From Mizuhopecten yessoensis (taxonomy: Eukaryota), in assembly GCF_002113885.1 (NCBI RefSeq), contig NW_018404144.1:86783-150782 (forward strand): DNA of 64,000 nt, in the 5' to 3' direction. A model generated the notes under the pieces. That model had not been told where the DNA came from. It did no database searches and worked only from the letters and a program-made list of their open reading frames with translations. Below, one piece after another: positions 61,471 to 64,000 of this stretch; position 1 is the stretch's first letter, and each line of letters starts with the position of its first letter. Both the position numbers and the translations under genes were made by a program.

Positions 61471-62771
61471 TGGAAACGTTGAGGCATATTTATGGCTTCT
61501 GAAGTACCTTCACGTGACGGGGCTGGTATACACGTGCAAGTTACGGTAGTGTAACATACATGTAAGCGGGTTATTACACCGAGACATTGTTTAACAAAAA
61601 AAAAAAAAAAAAAAAAAAACGTCCTTTAAGTGAACATGACGGAGGGAAAGAAATTATTTATACACAGACATGTATAATTGCAAAATCCCAACAACGTAAA
61701 CAAATCAAAGCAGTGATGACTGTTTGGTAAACATAGACAAGATTTAACCTTAAAACACAGTCTTGAACGTTCTCTCCCGTCGTTATCATCTGGATGCTAC
61801 TGAAGTGGACATTCCTTCTTGTAGTCGAGATAAAGGTATATTTGACTTTGAAAGTTAAGCTAAAGATATATTTGACTTTGAAAGTCCACTGTACGATATG
61901 ATTGACTGTTGAGTTTCCTCCTGAAGTTGACCGAATTCTACCGACTTGCACGTGTACGGTTTATATATTACTACCGACCTAAACCCTGGTCTCTAGTTAG
62001 ATGTTTTACTTTCAGAAGCAGTGCCCTGGTTGGTCCATGTTAAATAACAGCTTCGTGCCCAGACACTACCCGACAGACAATTACCTCCCGTAAATCTATT
62101 TTATGAACAATTAAAGCTCAATCGATTGTTCTTGGTTTGAAAAAAATCACACGTTGAATTTTTACACTGCTACTCTATATTTCCCCGAACACACATTTGA
62201 GAGTCTACCAGAGCTGTGATGTAATTAGTTTTGTGTGTATATGGCTATCCCGCGTTATAGACCCATGTCTGAAGATCTAGACTTTTCATCACTGTGAATG
62301 TTTAAAAAAAATGTCAAATAATACATGTTTATAACAGTTATTTTTAATGTCGATGTTTTGTTTTACATAAAACCATCACACGTTTATTCCATTATGGTCT
62401 GGGCCTAGCCTCGTAACTGTTTGTGGACAAGCCCCGTTACTGATTGCATGCTTACAAACCGCGCTATACTGGTTATTGTGGACTGGCCTCATAACTGTTT
62501 GTTTGTAAACTATATATATATATGCCTCTCTGCACCTTACTAACACCACAAACTGACATAAGACACTCAACAACTAAATCTGTAAAGTATCGCAATTGTC
62601 TATCATATCGGTATCCCACCTGCAAAAATATAAGTATGCACCTCCTAGAAACGGCATACGAAATACTTGAAATAGAATAAACATAACAGAAGAATGGGAA
62701 GGTTGGTTTCTAAATATGAAAACGAACCCTAGTATAACAACTTCTGAGGTGTCAATGTGTAATATCTAAAC

Positions 62772-64000
62772 GTGTGATAATCCTGACCCATAGTGTGACA
62801 ATGCTGACTAAACGTGTGATAATCCTGACCCACAGTGTGACAATGCTGACTAAACGTGTGATAATCCTGACTCATAGTGTGATAATGCTGACTCATAGTG
62901 TGATAATGCTGACTCATAGTGTGATAATGCTGACTCATAGTGTGATAATGCTGACTCATAGTGTGATAATGCTGACTCATAGTGTGATAATGCTGACTCA
63001 TAGTGTGATAATGCTGACTCATAGTGTGATAATCCTGACTCAAAGTGTGTTAATCCTGACTCATAATGTGATAATCCTGACTCATAGTATGATAATCCTG
63101 ATTCATAATGTGATAATCCTGACCCACAGTGTGACATTGCTGACTCATAGTGTGATAATCCTGACTCATAGTGTGATAATGCTGACTAATAGTGTGATAA
63201 TGCTGACTCATAGTGTGATTATGCTGACTCATAGTGTGATAATGCTGACTCATAGTGTGATAATGCTGACTCAAAGCGTGATAATCCTGACTCAAAGTGT
63301 GTTAATCCTGACTCATAATGTGATAATCCTGACTCATAATATGATAATCCTGACTCATAATGTGATAATCCTGACCCACAGTGTGACATTGCTGACTCAT
63401 AGTGTGATAATCCTAATCCTCATTAATAGTGTGATAATGCTGACTCATAGGGTGATAATCCTGACTCATAATGTGAAAATCCTGACTCGTAGTGTGATAA
63501 TGCTGTCTCATAGTGTGATAATGCTGACTCATAGTGTGATGATGCTGACTCATATCCTGACTCATAGTGTGATAATGCTGGCTAAACGTGTGATAATCCT
63601 GACTCATAGTGCGACAATGCTGACTAAACGTGTGATAATACTGACCCACAGTGTGACAATGCTGACTAAAAGTGTGATAATCATGACCCACAGTGAGACA
63701 ATGCTGACTAAACGTGTGATAATCCCGACTCATAGTGTGATAATGCTGACTAAACGTGTGAAAATCCTGAGTCATAGTGTGATAATGCTGACTAATCGTG
63801 TGATAATGCTGACTCATAGTGATAATCCTGACTCATAGTGTGATAATCACTCAAAGTGTGTTAATCCTGACTCATAAAGTGATAATCCTGACTCATAGTA
63901 TCATAGTATGATAATGCTGTCTCATAGTGAGATAATGCTGACTCATAGTGTGATGATGCTGACTCATATCCTGACTCATAGTGTGATAATGCTGGCTAAA
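62772..64000. repeat. 21-bp minisatellite, more than 50 copies, runs off the window end
   Basis: Unit GTGTGATAATGCTGACTCATA with ATCCTGA and CTAAAC variants. Confidence 0.96.

Overview
AT-rich, repeat-dense eukaryotic (metazoan) genomic DNA; the SINE, LINE and hairpin-element types suggest a mollusc, probably a bivalve (inference). Nothing is prokaryotic: no operons, CRISPR arrays or rRNA. About 14 unrelated minisatellite arrays (units 21-111 bp) account for nearly all long ORFs in the track. Transposable elements: a Gypsy (Mag-like) element bounded by both LTRs, with PBS, PPT and 5-bp TSD, inside a 28-bp satellite (23811-27720); a 5'-truncated Gypsy with integrase and 3' LTR (10023-11545, minus); a 5'-truncated CR1-type LINE with an 11-bp TSD (41240-43330); two older LINE relics; tRNA-derived SINEs; two TIR-bounded non-autonomous DNA elements; and at least seven long-hairpin elements resembling non-autonomous Cryptons. 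The only convincing host coding sequence is a minus-strand terminal exon (53502-54100) for a protein I cannot name. Most notable: an inverted, partly triplicated segment (8485-19890) containing a transmembrane-helix exon with coding-type divergence; a tandem dimer of hairpin elements with oppositely oriented loops (13512-14680); and a 21-bp satellite built from an NF-E2/ARE site plus a GATA site (62772-64000). I cannot demonstrate a new biological system from this sequence alone.
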